Below the pieces are notes generated by a model that was not told where the DNA came from, made no database searches, and saw nothing but the letters and a program-made list of their open reading frames with translations. The translations under genes were made by a program, and so were the position numbers. From positions 133,743 through 197,742 of the forward strand of contig CP060219.1 of NCBI GenBank assembly GCA_023898365.1: a stretch of 64,000 nt of DNA, in the 5' to 3' direction. Of this stretch, positions 9,710 to 18,293 are shown piece after piece (position 1 is the first letter of the stretch; each line of letters begins with the position of its first letter). This DNA is from Candidatus Woesearchaeota archaeon. GTDB taxonomy: Archaea; Nanobdellota; Nanobdellia; Woesearchaeales; GCA-023898365.

Positions 9710-9847
9710 ATGGCTGAATATCGATGTTTTTTCTGTAAACGGACCATCAGTGAAGATCATGTTAGACGACGAGTGCGTTGCATTTACTGCGGATCAAAAA
9801 TATTGTTTAAACCACGAACTGTGGAAACCACCATTGAAGCAGTATGA
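9710..9847 (+). CDS. rpoP: DNA-directed RNA polymerase subunit P (Rpo12)
   Basis: This 45-aa ORF is below the ORF-track cutoff, so I translated it by hand: MAEYRCFFCKRTISEDHVRRRVRCIYCGSKILFKPRTVETTIEAV. It has a CxxC...CxxC zinc ribbon and sits between eL43 and Pcc1. Its stop overlaps the next ATG. Confidence 0.85.
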   Translation: MAEYRCFFCKRTISEDHVRRRVRCIYCGSKILFKPRTVETTIEAV

Positions 9848-10059
9848 TTCGTGCCAAAATCACGTATCCCCAAAAAGTTGCGGACCTGTTTGTTGCTGAA
9901 GAGAAAACTATTGGCAACGATCGAAGCGGCTACGAAGTGAGCGTGGAAGGAAACATGACGGTGTTTAGCATCTTTGCAAAGGATGCAACCTCATTGCGAA
10001 CCATCATCACTTCAATAACAAAAATCCTCAATGTGATTGAACAGGTTGATGCCTTATGA
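9844..10059 (+). CDS. pcc1: KEOPS complex subunit Pcc1-like
   Basis: 71 aa. 'YEVSVEGNMTVFSIFAKDATSLRTIITSITKILNVIEQV' matches the remembered Pcc1 pattern (..ATDSSALRGTVNSYLRWI..). Its position in the eL43/prefoldin operon also fits. Confidence 0.7.
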   Translation: MIRAKITYPQKVADLFVAEEKTIGNDRSGYEVSVEGNMTVFSIFAKDATSLRTIITSITKILNVIEQVDAL

Positions 10060-10352
10060 ACGAGGAAGAAACAAAGAAGATTTCGCTTCTTGAGCAAAAT
10101 CGCGAACATCTTCTCCAACAAAAAAAGCTCTTTGAAAATCAATTAGCAGAAGTTAAACTCGCACAGAAAGAAGTGGAAGCGACAGACACCTGCTATCAAC
10201 TTTTGGGCAACATCATGGTGCGTACAAATAAAGAAAAGCATCAAAAACAATTGCAAGAACAACAAGAATTACTATCACTTCGTCTAAAAACACTCATTGA
10301 TCACGAAGCAAAACTTGAAGCTGAAATAAAAACTATTAAAAATAAAAAATAG
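10056..10352 (+). CDS. pfdB: Prefoldin subunit beta
   Basis: 98 aa, two coiled-coil arms around the central 'CYQLLGNIMVRTNKEK' hairpin. 4-nt overlap with pcc1. Confidence 0.85.
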   Translation: MNEEETKKISLLEQNREHLLQQKKLFENQLAEVKLAQKEVEATDTCYQLLGNIMVRTNKEKHQKQLQEQQELLSLRLKTLIDHEAKLEAEIKTIKNKK

Positions 10353-10355
10353 GGG

Positions 10356-10625
10356 ATGAGTCGCATGCAAGAACTAGATGAAGCAGTTGATTTTCTCAAA
10401 GAAATGCAAGAAGATCACACCATTTCTAAGACGGTCAAGGCAAAGCTTGGCGTTATCATTCAAGAGCTCGAAAAAAGTGCAGACGTTTCTTTAGTTATTA
10501 ACCGCGGGCTTTCTCTCATTGAAGAAATAGCAAACGATATGAACATTCCTCCTTTTCTTCGGACTCAACTCTACAATGTTGCAGGAATTCTCGAGTCAAT
10601 CGACACGCAAGTTGAAAAGAGTTAG
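10356..10625 (+). CDS. UPF0147-family small helical protein
   Basis: 89 aa. 'IEEIANDMNIPPFLRTQLYNVAGILESI' resembles UPF0147. The position after prefoldin beta is conserved in archaea. Confidence 0.65.
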   Translation: MSRMQELDEAVDFLKEMQEDHTISKTVKAKLGVIIQELEKSADVSLVINRGLSLIEEIANDMNIPPFLRTQLYNVAGILESIDTQVEKS

Positions 10626-10805
10626 ATAGCGCAAGAAAGGGTCTTGAAGTTGCGTATCTTCTCCAAATGTTTGCTCTGAAGAAGGCACGGCCGTTTCATT
10701 CGAGTGCATCTGTTGCTGTGTGCCCGTATCTTGCATGAAGGCTACAATCAGTAATACTGCAATGACAATTCCCATTGCAAGAAGTTGCCAAAGTTTTTTT
10801 CTCAT
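10596..10805 (-). CDS. Small single-TM protein (hypothetical)
   Basis: 69 aa with TM 'LWQLLAMGIVIAVLLIVAF'. ATGA overlap with the upstream 545-aa gene. Its 3' end overlaps the convergent UPF0147 gene by 30 nt. Confidence 0.35.
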   Translation of the reverse strand: MRKKLWQLLAMGIVIAVLLIVAFMQDTGTQQQMHSNETAVPSSEQTFGEDTQLQDPFLRYLTLFNLRVD

Positions 10806-12439
10806 TTTTGTAGCACCTCTAACAGCGGTAATTCAGGAGGTAAGAGTAATGGCTGCGCGTCATCAAAACAAATAGGAAGATTACGAGAATACAATCGCAA
10901 ACGAAGTTGACCCATACGAAGAGCGATGAGTTCCAAATCATGATAGGTCGCCATGTAATGATTTGCTAATTTTTTAACGGTTGCTTCATCAACATCACGA
11001 TCAAGATCAGCCAGAGCTTCTCTATCTTTCATAAATGATTCATAGGATAACGCAAGAAGAGTAGATATAGTTTCTGCTTCGCTTCGAAGTAATGATTCTT
11101 CTCGTGGTGCAAGAAAAAGAGAATCATGAAGCCGCATCCCTTGAGAAAACATTCGAATAAATAAATGGTGGAGCCGCGCATCACGCTCAATTAAATGAAA
11201 ATGAACAATATCTTCCTTGATTAAGTCAATTGTGTCAAGATGTTGTTCTTGCCAGAATTGAAGACTTGCATCCGTATCAACAGTGAAAATTTCTTTGTTC
11301 AAAAAATTGAGTGTGTTCTGATGTCCTAAAAGTGTCCGTAACATTGTATCTTTTTGTTTTGGAAAAAGTCCTTGATTGGTTACTATGCGAAGAATAAGTG
11401 TTTCAGTCGTTGCATTCAAACCAAGCAACATATAAGAAAACGCAACGGTGGAAACAAGCACACGATCTTCAGGCACGACCTGTTCGGCAAGCTGCGCAAC
11501 TGATGAAGAAAAATAGGAAAAAGTTCTTTTTGTTTTTTTATGCGAAGCAACCAGTTCAATTTCTGCTCGGCTTTGAATTTCATGAGGAAGATAACTCTTT
11601 GCATAGCCATCAGCAACAAGCAAAGGGTCTTGAAGGGGAGAAAGCTTTTCAAAAAACAAATATGATGGTGGGGCAAATTGCAAAGGCGATGATTCTAAGT
11701 TTGATCCAATCAAATCGCCGTCAGTTCCCAGTAGCAAAGGAAGTCGATAAAAAGAAAGCGAAAGCGGGTTAAAAGAACACGAAGAAGGTTGAATAAAGAG
11801 TTTCTCAAAAAGCAGTTGCACTTCAAGATTGTTAAAATTGTTGTGTATTGCCCTCGAAGAAAAATCTGCATAAATAGAACGAGAATAATTTTTTTCAGAA
11901 GAACCTACCTGCATTGAAAGAAAAGAGGCAGATAGTAAAGCAGTGCAAAATTGGTTAATATCATTAGCGAAAAGGTTCTTATGGAGATGTGCAAAGAGAC
12001 GAAAGCAATATTGAGGATAATCATGAAGAAACAACGCTTCAACACCACTAATAATTTCTTCATTAAATATAAATGGAGTGATGAGTCTTCCTGTTTGTAA
12101 AAGAGCAATCATCTGATCAACATCAAGTACCACTTCAGTACCATTAGTAAGAACAACAAAGGTTGATTTATTTTCATGAGCAAGTACTTGCTGATGCATT
12201 GAAGCAATATACCGATCTATGACAAATTCTTCTTCACGTTCTTGAGCAGCTTGAGCCAAAAGAGCAAACTCTTCCGAAACAGTCGTGTCATTCCCAAGCA
12301 AAGAAAGATTTTCATATAACACAATAACCTGTTCATCAAGAGGAATCGGCCTGGAAATAAAATCATCTAGGACCGCGCCAAAACTTGGAGCGATAAGAAA
12401 GATAAGAATAATTAAACCCCCCGACAACTTCATACTCAA
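10802..12439 (-). CDS. Hypothetical secreted/anchored protein, 545 aa
   Basis: Long uninterrupted ORF with N-terminal hydrophobic signal 'GGLIILIFLIAPSFGA'. I recognised no family motif. Confidence 0.6.
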   Translation of the reverse strand: MSMKLSGGLIILIFLIAPSFGAVLDDFISRPIPLDEQVIVLYENLSLLGNDTTVSEEFALLAQAAQEREEEFVIDRYIASMHQQVLAHENKSTFVVLTNGTEVVLDVDQMIALLQTGRLITPFIFNEEIISGVEALFLHDYPQYCFRLFAHLHKNLFANDINQFCTALLSASFLSMQVGSSEKNYSRSIYADFSSRAIHNNFNNLEVQLLFEKLFIQPSSCSFNPLSLSFYRLPLLLGTDGDLIGSNLESSPLQFAPPSYLFFEKLSPLQDPLLVADGYAKSYLPHEIQSRAEIELVASHKKTKRTFSYFSSSVAQLAEQVVPEDRVLVSTVAFSYMLLGLNATTETLILRIVTNQGLFPKQKDTMLRTLLGHQNTLNFLNKEIFTVDTDASLQFWQEQHLDTIDLIKEDIVHFHLIERDARLHHLFIRMFSQGMRLHDSLFLAPREESLLRSEAETISTLLALSYESFMKDREALADLDRDVDEATVKKLANHYMATYHDLELIALRMGQLRLRLYSRNLPICFDDAQPLLLPPELPLLEVLQK

Positions 12440-12528
12440 GACACATACAAAACTAAATTTAAGAATGTTGTGATTTTAATCAGATGTAGGTAACAATATA
12501 TTTAAATCACACTCACTTGATAACGTTC

Positions 12529-13008
12529 ATGAACTCGTACCTTCACTTCGGCGTTGTGGTTTTGTTGTTGTTAAGTCTTGTAGGAGGTGTGCGAGCCGCA
12601 CAAATTACAGGTACTGTTTATGACGAAGAATTTGAGCCAAAAAAAAATACGCTCTTAATCATTGACGAGACAAGTGAAAATATTCATTATCTTTCGAACA
12701 ATTCTTTCCAAATTAATGTATCTCAGGGAAAACATCATCTTGCCTTTTTCGAACTTGTTGATCAATATATTGTGCGACAAGCAACACTCTCTTTGGATGT
12801 GGAAAATGATTTGAATGTTTCTGTTATTATGCTTCCTCTTCTCGTACCGACCTTAGTCAGTGAAGCGTACAAGCCAAGCACTTCGCAAGACGCATCAAAA
12901 AGTCCCAAGAATATTATGATCAGAGGATTGCTTTCGCTGCTTGTGCTCGGAACGGGGTATGTGATCGTAAAAAAACGTCAGAAAAAATCCTTCAAGAAGC
13001 GACAATAA
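12529..13008 (+). CDS. Hypothetical type I membrane protein with small beta-rich ectodomain
   Basis: Signal 'HFGVVVLLLLSLVGGVRA', C-terminal TM and basic tail 'VKKRQKKSFKKRQ'. The maximal ORF begins with TTG at 12517; the ATG at 12529 is preferred. Confidence 0.6.
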   Translation: MNSYLHFGVVVLLLLSLVGGVRAAQITGTVYDEEFEPKKNTLLIIDETSENIHYLSNNSFQINVSQGKHHLAFFELVDQYIVRQATLSLDVENDLNVSVIMLPLLVPTLVSEAYKPSTSQDASKSPKNIMIRGLLSLLVLGTGYVIVKKRQKKSFKKRQ

Positions 13009-13033
13009 AAAAATTGTAAAAAAAAATTCAAAA

Positions 13034-13240
13034 TTATCGATCAACGGTTATGGGAATAACTCCCTTTTCAAACTCTTGTTCGGCGATCTTGAGTGGATCG
13101 TAACGAATCTTTTCAAGTTCTGCTTTTGAAAGTTTAATGAGAAAAGGAGCACCCATCGAAAGTTGCAAAGCACGGGCACCAACAATTCTTGCTTTCTCAA
13201 AACGAGTTAATCGAATGACTTCTTCTTGTTTCTTAACCAT
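13034..13240 (-). CDS. rpoK: DNA-directed RNA polymerase subunit K (Rpo6)
   Basis: 68 aa. '[22 protein letters not shown]' is the Rpo6/omega-like signature. Confidence 0.9.
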   Translation of the reverse strand: MVKKQEEVIRLTRFEKARIVGARALQLSMGAPFLIKLSKAELEKIRYDPLKIAEQEFEKGVIPITVDR

Positions 13241-13249
13241 AGTTATTCC

Positions 13250-14029
13250 TCAAAGTGCTGCGATTTGTGCACGCAAATCTTTTGCTTTTGAAAAGGCAAG
13301 ATCAAGTGCTTTCTTTAATTCCTCTTCAGAAAAGGGCTGATCTCCTCCTTTTTGCATGGCGCAAACTCTTTTGTCATCAAGCGTTGTAATGGTGATGCGC
13401 GCATCACTCGCTTGTTCTTCAGCTTCAGTTGGATCAACAATTAAATTGTTTCCAATTTTATGTACAGTTACAGGAATAGGAAACTCACTTAATTTTAGTT
13501 TCTCATCCGTTAACTCGCCAAACACAACTTTTCCATTTTCAAGTTTTGGAAATCTTGTCACACGAAGTGCAGCAAGAGAAGCAATTGCTCCCAGATCGAT
13601 AAGGTTGCCATCAGCATTGAGCGGCACAATATCAACTTGCACCATCCACACCAGCTCGCCTTTCTTGATACATAAACTCTTCGTATCAAGCGATCCGCTC
13701 TCACGAATACCTCGATCAATAACTCGAGACGTTTCAATAGAATCAATTGAAGGCGGACCTTCCTCAAAATGAGGGGATGCAAGTGGACGAAGTTCGCAGT
13801 TTACCATAAGAACGCCGTCATCGGGTGTGTCAGGAAAGGGTGTTCCCGCGGTAAGCTTTACACCAACAAGTAACTCTGACTCTCCTGCAATGATCTTTGC
13901 ACTTCCTTCGGCAGTAAAAATACTTCCCACTTCGAAAGAAATTTTTCGAAATTCATCATTCTTTCGCCCATCGAGGCGAAAGCCTTTCTTAATTGCGTTG
14001 GCAACATGGGTTTTCACATTACTATTCAT
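13250..14029 (-). CDS. rrp42: Exosome complex subunit Rrp42 (RNase PH-like, inactive)
   Basis: 259 aa. 'GFRLDGRKNDEFRKISFEVGSIFTAEGSAKI'. Located downstream of rrp41 with a 4-nt overlap. Confidence 0.9.
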   Translation of the reverse strand: MNSNVKTHVANAIKKGFRLDGRKNDEFRKISFEVGSIFTAEGSAKIIAGESELLVGVKLTAGTPFPDTPDDGVLMVNCELRPLASPHFEEGPPSIDSIETSRVIDRGIRESGSLDTKSLCIKKGELVWMVQVDIVPLNADGNLIDLGAIASLAALRVTRFPKLENGKVVFGELTDEKLKLSEFPIPVTVHKIGNNLIVDPTEAEEQASDARITITTLDDKRVCAMQKGGDQPFSEEELKKALDLAFSKAKDLRAQIAAL

Positions 14030-14730
14030 TTTTGTTCACCCTCGCTAAAGCGATCTTTTAATGCCTGCTTTTGAACCTTTAGAATTTCTTGAAGTGCTGG
14101 TTTAACAAGTGTAAGCGCCTCAAGAACTTGATCCTTCGTCATAATACCATCCATTTGCAAGAGAGTGTATTCTCCCGTTGAAGGAATCATTGCAATAGGA
14201 ACATCAGGCGTTTCATTTTCATTCATGTGTTCTTCTTCGCCATCAAGATCTACAACAAGTTCATTGTTAATTAAACCAACGGAAACTGCTGGAACAAGAT
14301 CTTTCATGGTGATTCCTGCGTCAGCAAGAGCAATCGCTGCTGCGCAAATACCTGCACATCTACTTCCCGCATCAGTCTCTGAAAGTTCAATAAACACATC
14401 AACTACTGCGTTAGGATATTCACTTAAATCAACTACGGGAAGCAATGCTTTTTGTGTAACAAGTGAAAGCTCTTTACTTCTTCTTGAAGGTCCAGGTCTA
14501 TTTCGTTCGGTCGTCGAAAAAGGAAGCATGTTGTAAGAACATCGTAAAATTCCCGTTCTCGGATTTTGCATAAATTTTGGATGCAATTCGCGTGGACCAT
14601 ATACTGCTGCATAGGCCGCGGTGTTTCCAATTTTGAAATAGGCAGATCCATCAGCTTTTTTGATCACACCAGCTTTTGCTTGGAGTTTTCGCACATCAAG
14701 ATTTGATCGTCCATCATGTCGTTTTGTCAT
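14026..14730 (-). CDS. rrp41: Exosome complex exonuclease Rrp41 (RNase PH domain)
   Basis: 234 aa. 'HDGRSNLDVRKLQAKAGVIKKADGSAYFKIGNTAAYAAVYGPRE'. Confidence 0.92.
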   Translation of the reverse strand: MTKRHDGRSNLDVRKLQAKAGVIKKADGSAYFKIGNTAAYAAVYGPRELHPKFMQNPRTGILRCSYNMLPFSTTERNRPGPSRRSKELSLVTQKALLPVVDLSEYPNAVVDVFIELSETDAGSRCAGICAAAIALADAGITMKDLVPAVSVGLINNELVVDLDGEEEHMNENETPDVPIAMIPSTGEYTLLQMDGIMTKDQVLEALTLVKPALQEILKVQKQALKDRFSEGEQK

Positions 14731-14732
14731 TT

Positions 14733-15617
14733 TTATTCCTCCGATCCTTGCGGCGTTTTCTCCTCGCTTGCTTGCATAGGAGGCCTATCTCGAGGCGGTC
14801 GTCGTTCTCTTCGGTCGCGTCCTTCGAATCTTGAACGAGGGCGATCACGATCTGGTCGACGCTCTCTCATTGGAGGTCGCTCAGATTCACCCACCTGTTC
14901 TTCGGGAACTTCCGGACGATTTAGCGCTTCTTCACCTAGCTTTTCTTTAAGATAGGTTTCGACGCGATTGGTTAATCCACTTATGTGAGCATATTTTTCG
15001 ATCATACGGATAGCGCCAACAACAACATATTCTTCTTCAGGTGTGCCATTGATCCAAATCAATCCATTTTGACCGACAACGATGCGACAGCCGGTTGCAC
15101 GTTTCAAAAGGGAAACCATGCTACCACTCTTGCCAATAACACGAGGCACTTTTGCAGAATTAACAGTGATAAGTCGGCCACCAGTTAATTTGCCAAGTCC
15201 CTGACCTTTTGCAGAAATATCAATAAGGTTCTGACTGGTAACATTCGTTATTTTCACCGCTGCATAATCATCAATACAAAAATACTTTGTCAAATCTGCT
15301 CCGCGAGCGACAAAATCAAATGTTCCATCTTTAAGACCGATAACAGCCGAGTAGGCTCCGCCGATATCTACGCGCCAACCACTAATCAGCACATCAATGA
15401 CTTTACCGATAACGACATCATTTTTCTTAGGTTGGTAGACGCCAGAAAGAGGCACTGTTTTCACAACCTTTCCAGAAACTTGGAGCAAGCCAAGACGGTT
15501 TGCAATAATGTGGTCATTTGCCCGATAGGTTCCCGTTGAGGGTAGAAAATCCATTCCTTCAGCAATCAATTCGCCGGGCACGACGATTGCGCGTTCATTT
15601 ACTAAAAGTTTACTCAT
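14733..15617 (-). CDS. rrp4: Exosome RNA-binding cap subunit Rrp4 (S1 + KH) with a C-terminal RD/RE-rich extension
   Basis: 294 aa. S1 region 'DVVIGKVIDVLISGWRVDIG' and KH region 'GKSGSMVSLLKRATGCRIVVGQNGLIWI'. The last ~60 aa are 'RERRPDRDRPRSRFEGRDRRERRPPRDRPP...'. Confidence 0.9.
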   Translation of the reverse strand: MSKLLVNERAIVVPGELIAEGMDFLPSTGTYRANDHIIANRLGLLQVSGKVVKTVPLSGVYQPKKNDVVIGKVIDVLISGWRVDIGGAYSAVIGLKDGTFDFVARGADLTKYFCIDDYAAVKITNVTSQNLIDISAKGQGLGKLTGGRLITVNSAKVPRVIGKSGSMVSLLKRATGCRIVVGQNGLIWINGTPEEEYVVVGAIRMIEKYAHISGLTNRVETYLKEKLGEEALNRPEVPEEQVGESERPPMRERRPDRDRPRSRFEGRDRRERRPPRDRPPMQASEEKTPQGSEE

Positions 15618-15801
15618 ATGTAATCCTCCGTATCTCTTTTTCTCTTAGGTAAAAGAGAACCCGATTTGATTTAAAAAGGTTTAGATACGAGCATATAAAA
15701 TAAAGGAATGACCGTTCGACAAGAAAGCCACCAAACCCGCTTCTTCAGGAGACAAACGAGTCAGTATAGTTTTTTCACCAAAAACGACAAAAAAACGAAA
15801 G

Positions 15802-15811
15802 TTTTAAATAT
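15802..15811 (+). promoter_or_regulatory. TATA-like box for the GTPase operon (leaderless geometry)
   Basis: TTTTAAATAT is centred about 27-29 nt upstream of the ATG at 15836. Confidence 0.45.
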
Positions 15812-15835
15812 GAAGTCCTGTCTTTTCGAGCTCAT

Positions 15836-16471
15836 ATGATAAAGAGATTTCAGTCAATCTTGAAACGATTCTTGTCACGTTTCCTTCGAAAACACAAGGA
15901 TGTAAAAATAGGACTATATGGTCCGCCAAACGGAGGAAAGACAACGCTTGCCAACAAGATTTGTAAGGATTGGCTTGGCATCGAAATGGGTACTGTCTCA
16001 AACGTAGCCCATGAAACAAGAGAAGTACAGTTCAAAGAAAACGTGATCATCAAGAACAAAAAAGGACAAACTATAAGTTTCTCACTTGTTGACACGCCAG
16101 GCATCGCAACTAAAATCGACTATGAAGATTTCATGAAAACAGGCATGAAAGAAAAAGACGCCAAAACAAGAGCAAAAGAAGCAACAAAAGGCGTTATCGA
16201 CTCCATCAAATGGCTTGATGACATGGACGTTGTTATTGTTGTGCTCGATGCAACTGTTGATCCCTATAACCAAGTTAACATCACCATCATTGGAAATCTT
16301 GAAGCAAGAAAAATTCCCGTTCTTATTGTTGCAAACAAGACTGATTTGAAAAAGGCAAAAATAAAGAAAGTGCAATCTGCATTTCCACAATATAAAGTCG
16401 TGCCTATTAGCGCAAGAAATGGCACACACATCGAAGATATGTACGAAGCAATCTTCGATATAGCGCGATGA
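15836..16471 (+). CDS. Small GTP-binding protein (archaeal GTPase of the DUF2073/DUF2072 module)
   Basis: 211 aa. G1 'GPPNGGKT', G3 'DTPG', G4 'NKTD', G5 'SAR'. Confidence 0.85.
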   Translation: MIKRFQSILKRFLSRFLRKHKDVKIGLYGPPNGGKTTLANKICKDWLGIEMGTVSNVAHETREVQFKENVIIKNKKGQTISFSLVDTPGIATKIDYEDFMKTGMKEKDAKTRAKEATKGVIDSIKWLDDMDVVIVVLDATVDPYNQVNITIIGNLEARKIPVLIVANKTDLKKAKIKKVQSAFPQYKVVPISARNGTHIEDMYEAIFDIAR

Positions 16472-16860
16472 TCATGAAATCAAAAACGTTGACATTACAA
16501 TTCATCCCCTATCAAGAAATAGAGGGACTTTCTAGCGTCAAGCGAGTTGCGAAACTCCTACGCATTGTAAAATCAGATAAAATTGTTCTTCTCGAAGGTA
16601 AATTAAAAAGCCATGAAGAAGCAGACCTTATCAGAAGAACCATGGAAGAAATCGATGCAAAGTTTAAGGGCATCGAGATCTCCGTCATTGACACACTCAC
16701 AAAGAAAGAAGATATGCAGCTCTTTGAAAAACTTCGCAAAGTAGTGCTTGGATTTATTCTTGGCGCTCGCAGCGGTTTTACGATCATTGGACCGGCCACT
16801 ATCGTAAAGGAAATCAGGCAAGATCCTGACAAAATCCAGCTCTTTATGAGCAATAAATAG
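16468..16860 (+). CDS. DUF2073-like protein
   Basis: 130 aa with a 4-nt overlap with the GTPase. The family call rests on remembered gene neighbourhood (GTPase / DUF2073 / Zn-ribbon DUF2072) and is not verified. Confidence 0.6.
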   Translation: MIMKSKTLTLQFIPYQEIEGLSSVKRVAKLLRIVKSDKIVLLEGKLKSHEEADLIRRTMEEIDAKFKGIEISVIDTLTKKEDMQLFEKLRKVVLGFILGARSGFTIIGPATIVKEIRQDPDKIQLFMSNK

Positions 16861-16867
16861 GTGTTCT

Positions 16868-17269
16868 ATGGCGCATCGCTGTATTAGTTGTGGAAAAATC
16901 TACAAAGATGGGTCAGATGAAATTCTCAAGGGATGTTCTTGTGGAAGCAAACTCTTTTTCTATGTGAAAAATGAAAAAGTAAGTACACCTGAAATCCGCG
17001 AAATCGTTAAGTTAAGCAAAAAAGATCGAGATCAAATTGAACGAGACATCTTTGAAATTATTGGTGTAAACAGAGAAGAAGAGCAACCAGTCGTCTTAGA
17101 TTTGGAATCAATCAAAATCAAACGACCTGGAAAGTACGAACTTGATCTGGTCAACTTATTCAAGAAAAAACACCCTCTTGTTTACAAGCTTGAAGATGGA
17201 AAATACATGATCGACATCATCGAGTCGTTTGAAAAAATGCGCACAAACGATGAAGAAGAGAAATCATGA
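16868..17269 (+). CDS. Zn-ribbon protein (DUF2072-like)
   Basis: 133 aa. N-terminal 'CISCGKIYKDGSDEILKGCSCGSKLF' is a four-Cys ribbon. Confidence 0.65.
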   Translation: MAHRCISCGKIYKDGSDEILKGCSCGSKLFFYVKNEKVSTPEIREIVKLSKKDRDQIERDIFEIIGVNREEEQPVVLDLESIKIKRPGKYELDLVNLFKKKHPLVYKLEDGKYMIDIIESFEKMRTNDEEEKS

Positions 17270-17327
17270 GCAATTATTCTTAAACAAGGGTTCATTTTAT
17301 AAATATCCATTTATTCACTTTCTCTAA

Positions 17328-17633
17328 ATGGCGTTGTTCGATTTACTTGATCCGCAAGAAGCAACTGAGGAAAAAACAAGGGTTCTTGAACAAATTTCTA
17401 GGATTCTTGGAGAAAATGACCCTGTTGGTGTTGACATAGAGGTTCAATCGAGAAGAATCGGTGTTCGCTCACCTCAGCACTTTTCTCAAATCGTGACCGG
17501 TTTCGACAACCCTCGTGTTATGACAAAAGGAGGACCTCATATTCGCATCGAAATAGGAGATTATTTTTACACCGTTCATCTAGAAAAAGAAACTGAGAAG
17601 TATGGTGACCACCCTGTTCAAAACTACGGATAA
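17328..17633 (+). CDS. Hypothetical protein, 101 aa
   Basis: ORF with ATG in an intergenic-sized gap. No motif recognised. Confidence 0.45.
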   Translation: MALFDLLDPQEATEEKTRVLEQISRILGENDPVGVDIEVQSRRIGVRSPQHFSQIVTGFDNPRVMTKGGPHIRIEIGDYFYTVHLEKETEKYGDHPVQNYG

Positions 17634-17684
17634 CAAAATATACTAGTTCACATTATTTCAAGAAAAGAGGAATAAACAACTAAA

Positions 17685-18128
17685 ATGGCGATAAAAAAAG
17701 GCGACAAAGTAAAAGTTGATTACACCGGAACGCTCGATGATGGATCAGTATTTGATGATTCAAAAAAGCACGGCCAACCACTCGAATTTGAAGTTGGAAG
17801 CGGCCAAGTTATTAAAGGATTTGACGACGCGCTTATGGGCATGAATGTTGGCGATGAAAAAGACATCACGATCGAATCAAAAGATGCGTACGGAGATCCT
17901 CGAGAGGACCTGGTTAAGAAAGTTCCTCGAGACCAATTTCCAAAAGACCAACAATTAGAAAAAGGCATGATTCTTGTAATGCAGCTTCAGGACGGTATGC
18001 AGCTCCCCGCTACTGTTGTCGACGTCAGCGACAGTGAAGTGACCATCGACTTAAATCATCCGCTTGCTGGAAAAACACTTCATTTCAAACTTACCGTTGT
18101 TACAATCAACGAAGAAGCAAAGAAATAA
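17685..18128 (+). CDS. FKBP-type peptidyl-prolyl cis-trans isomerase (SlyD-like, with IF insert)
   Basis: 147 aa. 'VKVDYTGTLDDGSVFDDS', 'GSGQVIKGFDDALMGM', 'DLNHPLAGKTLHF'. Confidence 0.9.
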   Translation: MAIKKGDKVKVDYTGTLDDGSVFDDSKKHGQPLEFEVGSGQVIKGFDDALMGMNVGDEKDITIESKDAYGDPREDLVKKVPRDQFPKDQQLEKGMILVMQLQDGMQLPATVVDVSDSEVTIDLNHPLAGKTLHFKLTVVTINEEAKK

Positions 18129-18293
18129 GTGGTTCCACCTTTTTCCACGGAAGACTTAAAAGCAGTAATCACCCCATTCTTACTATAAAGAGTTTTTAAA
18201 CTACTTGAAAATAGTAAACTATATAAATGTCGGTCCATGACCGATCAATGCGTATTTACTCTTATGTAAAGACACTTGGGGAGGATATGAAAA

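Noticed and set aside
14716-14955. 79-aa Arg/Ser/Gly-rich plus-strand ORF.
   Set aside because: It is the antisense reading of the RD/RE-rich Rrp4 tail, an artefact of the biased repeat composition.
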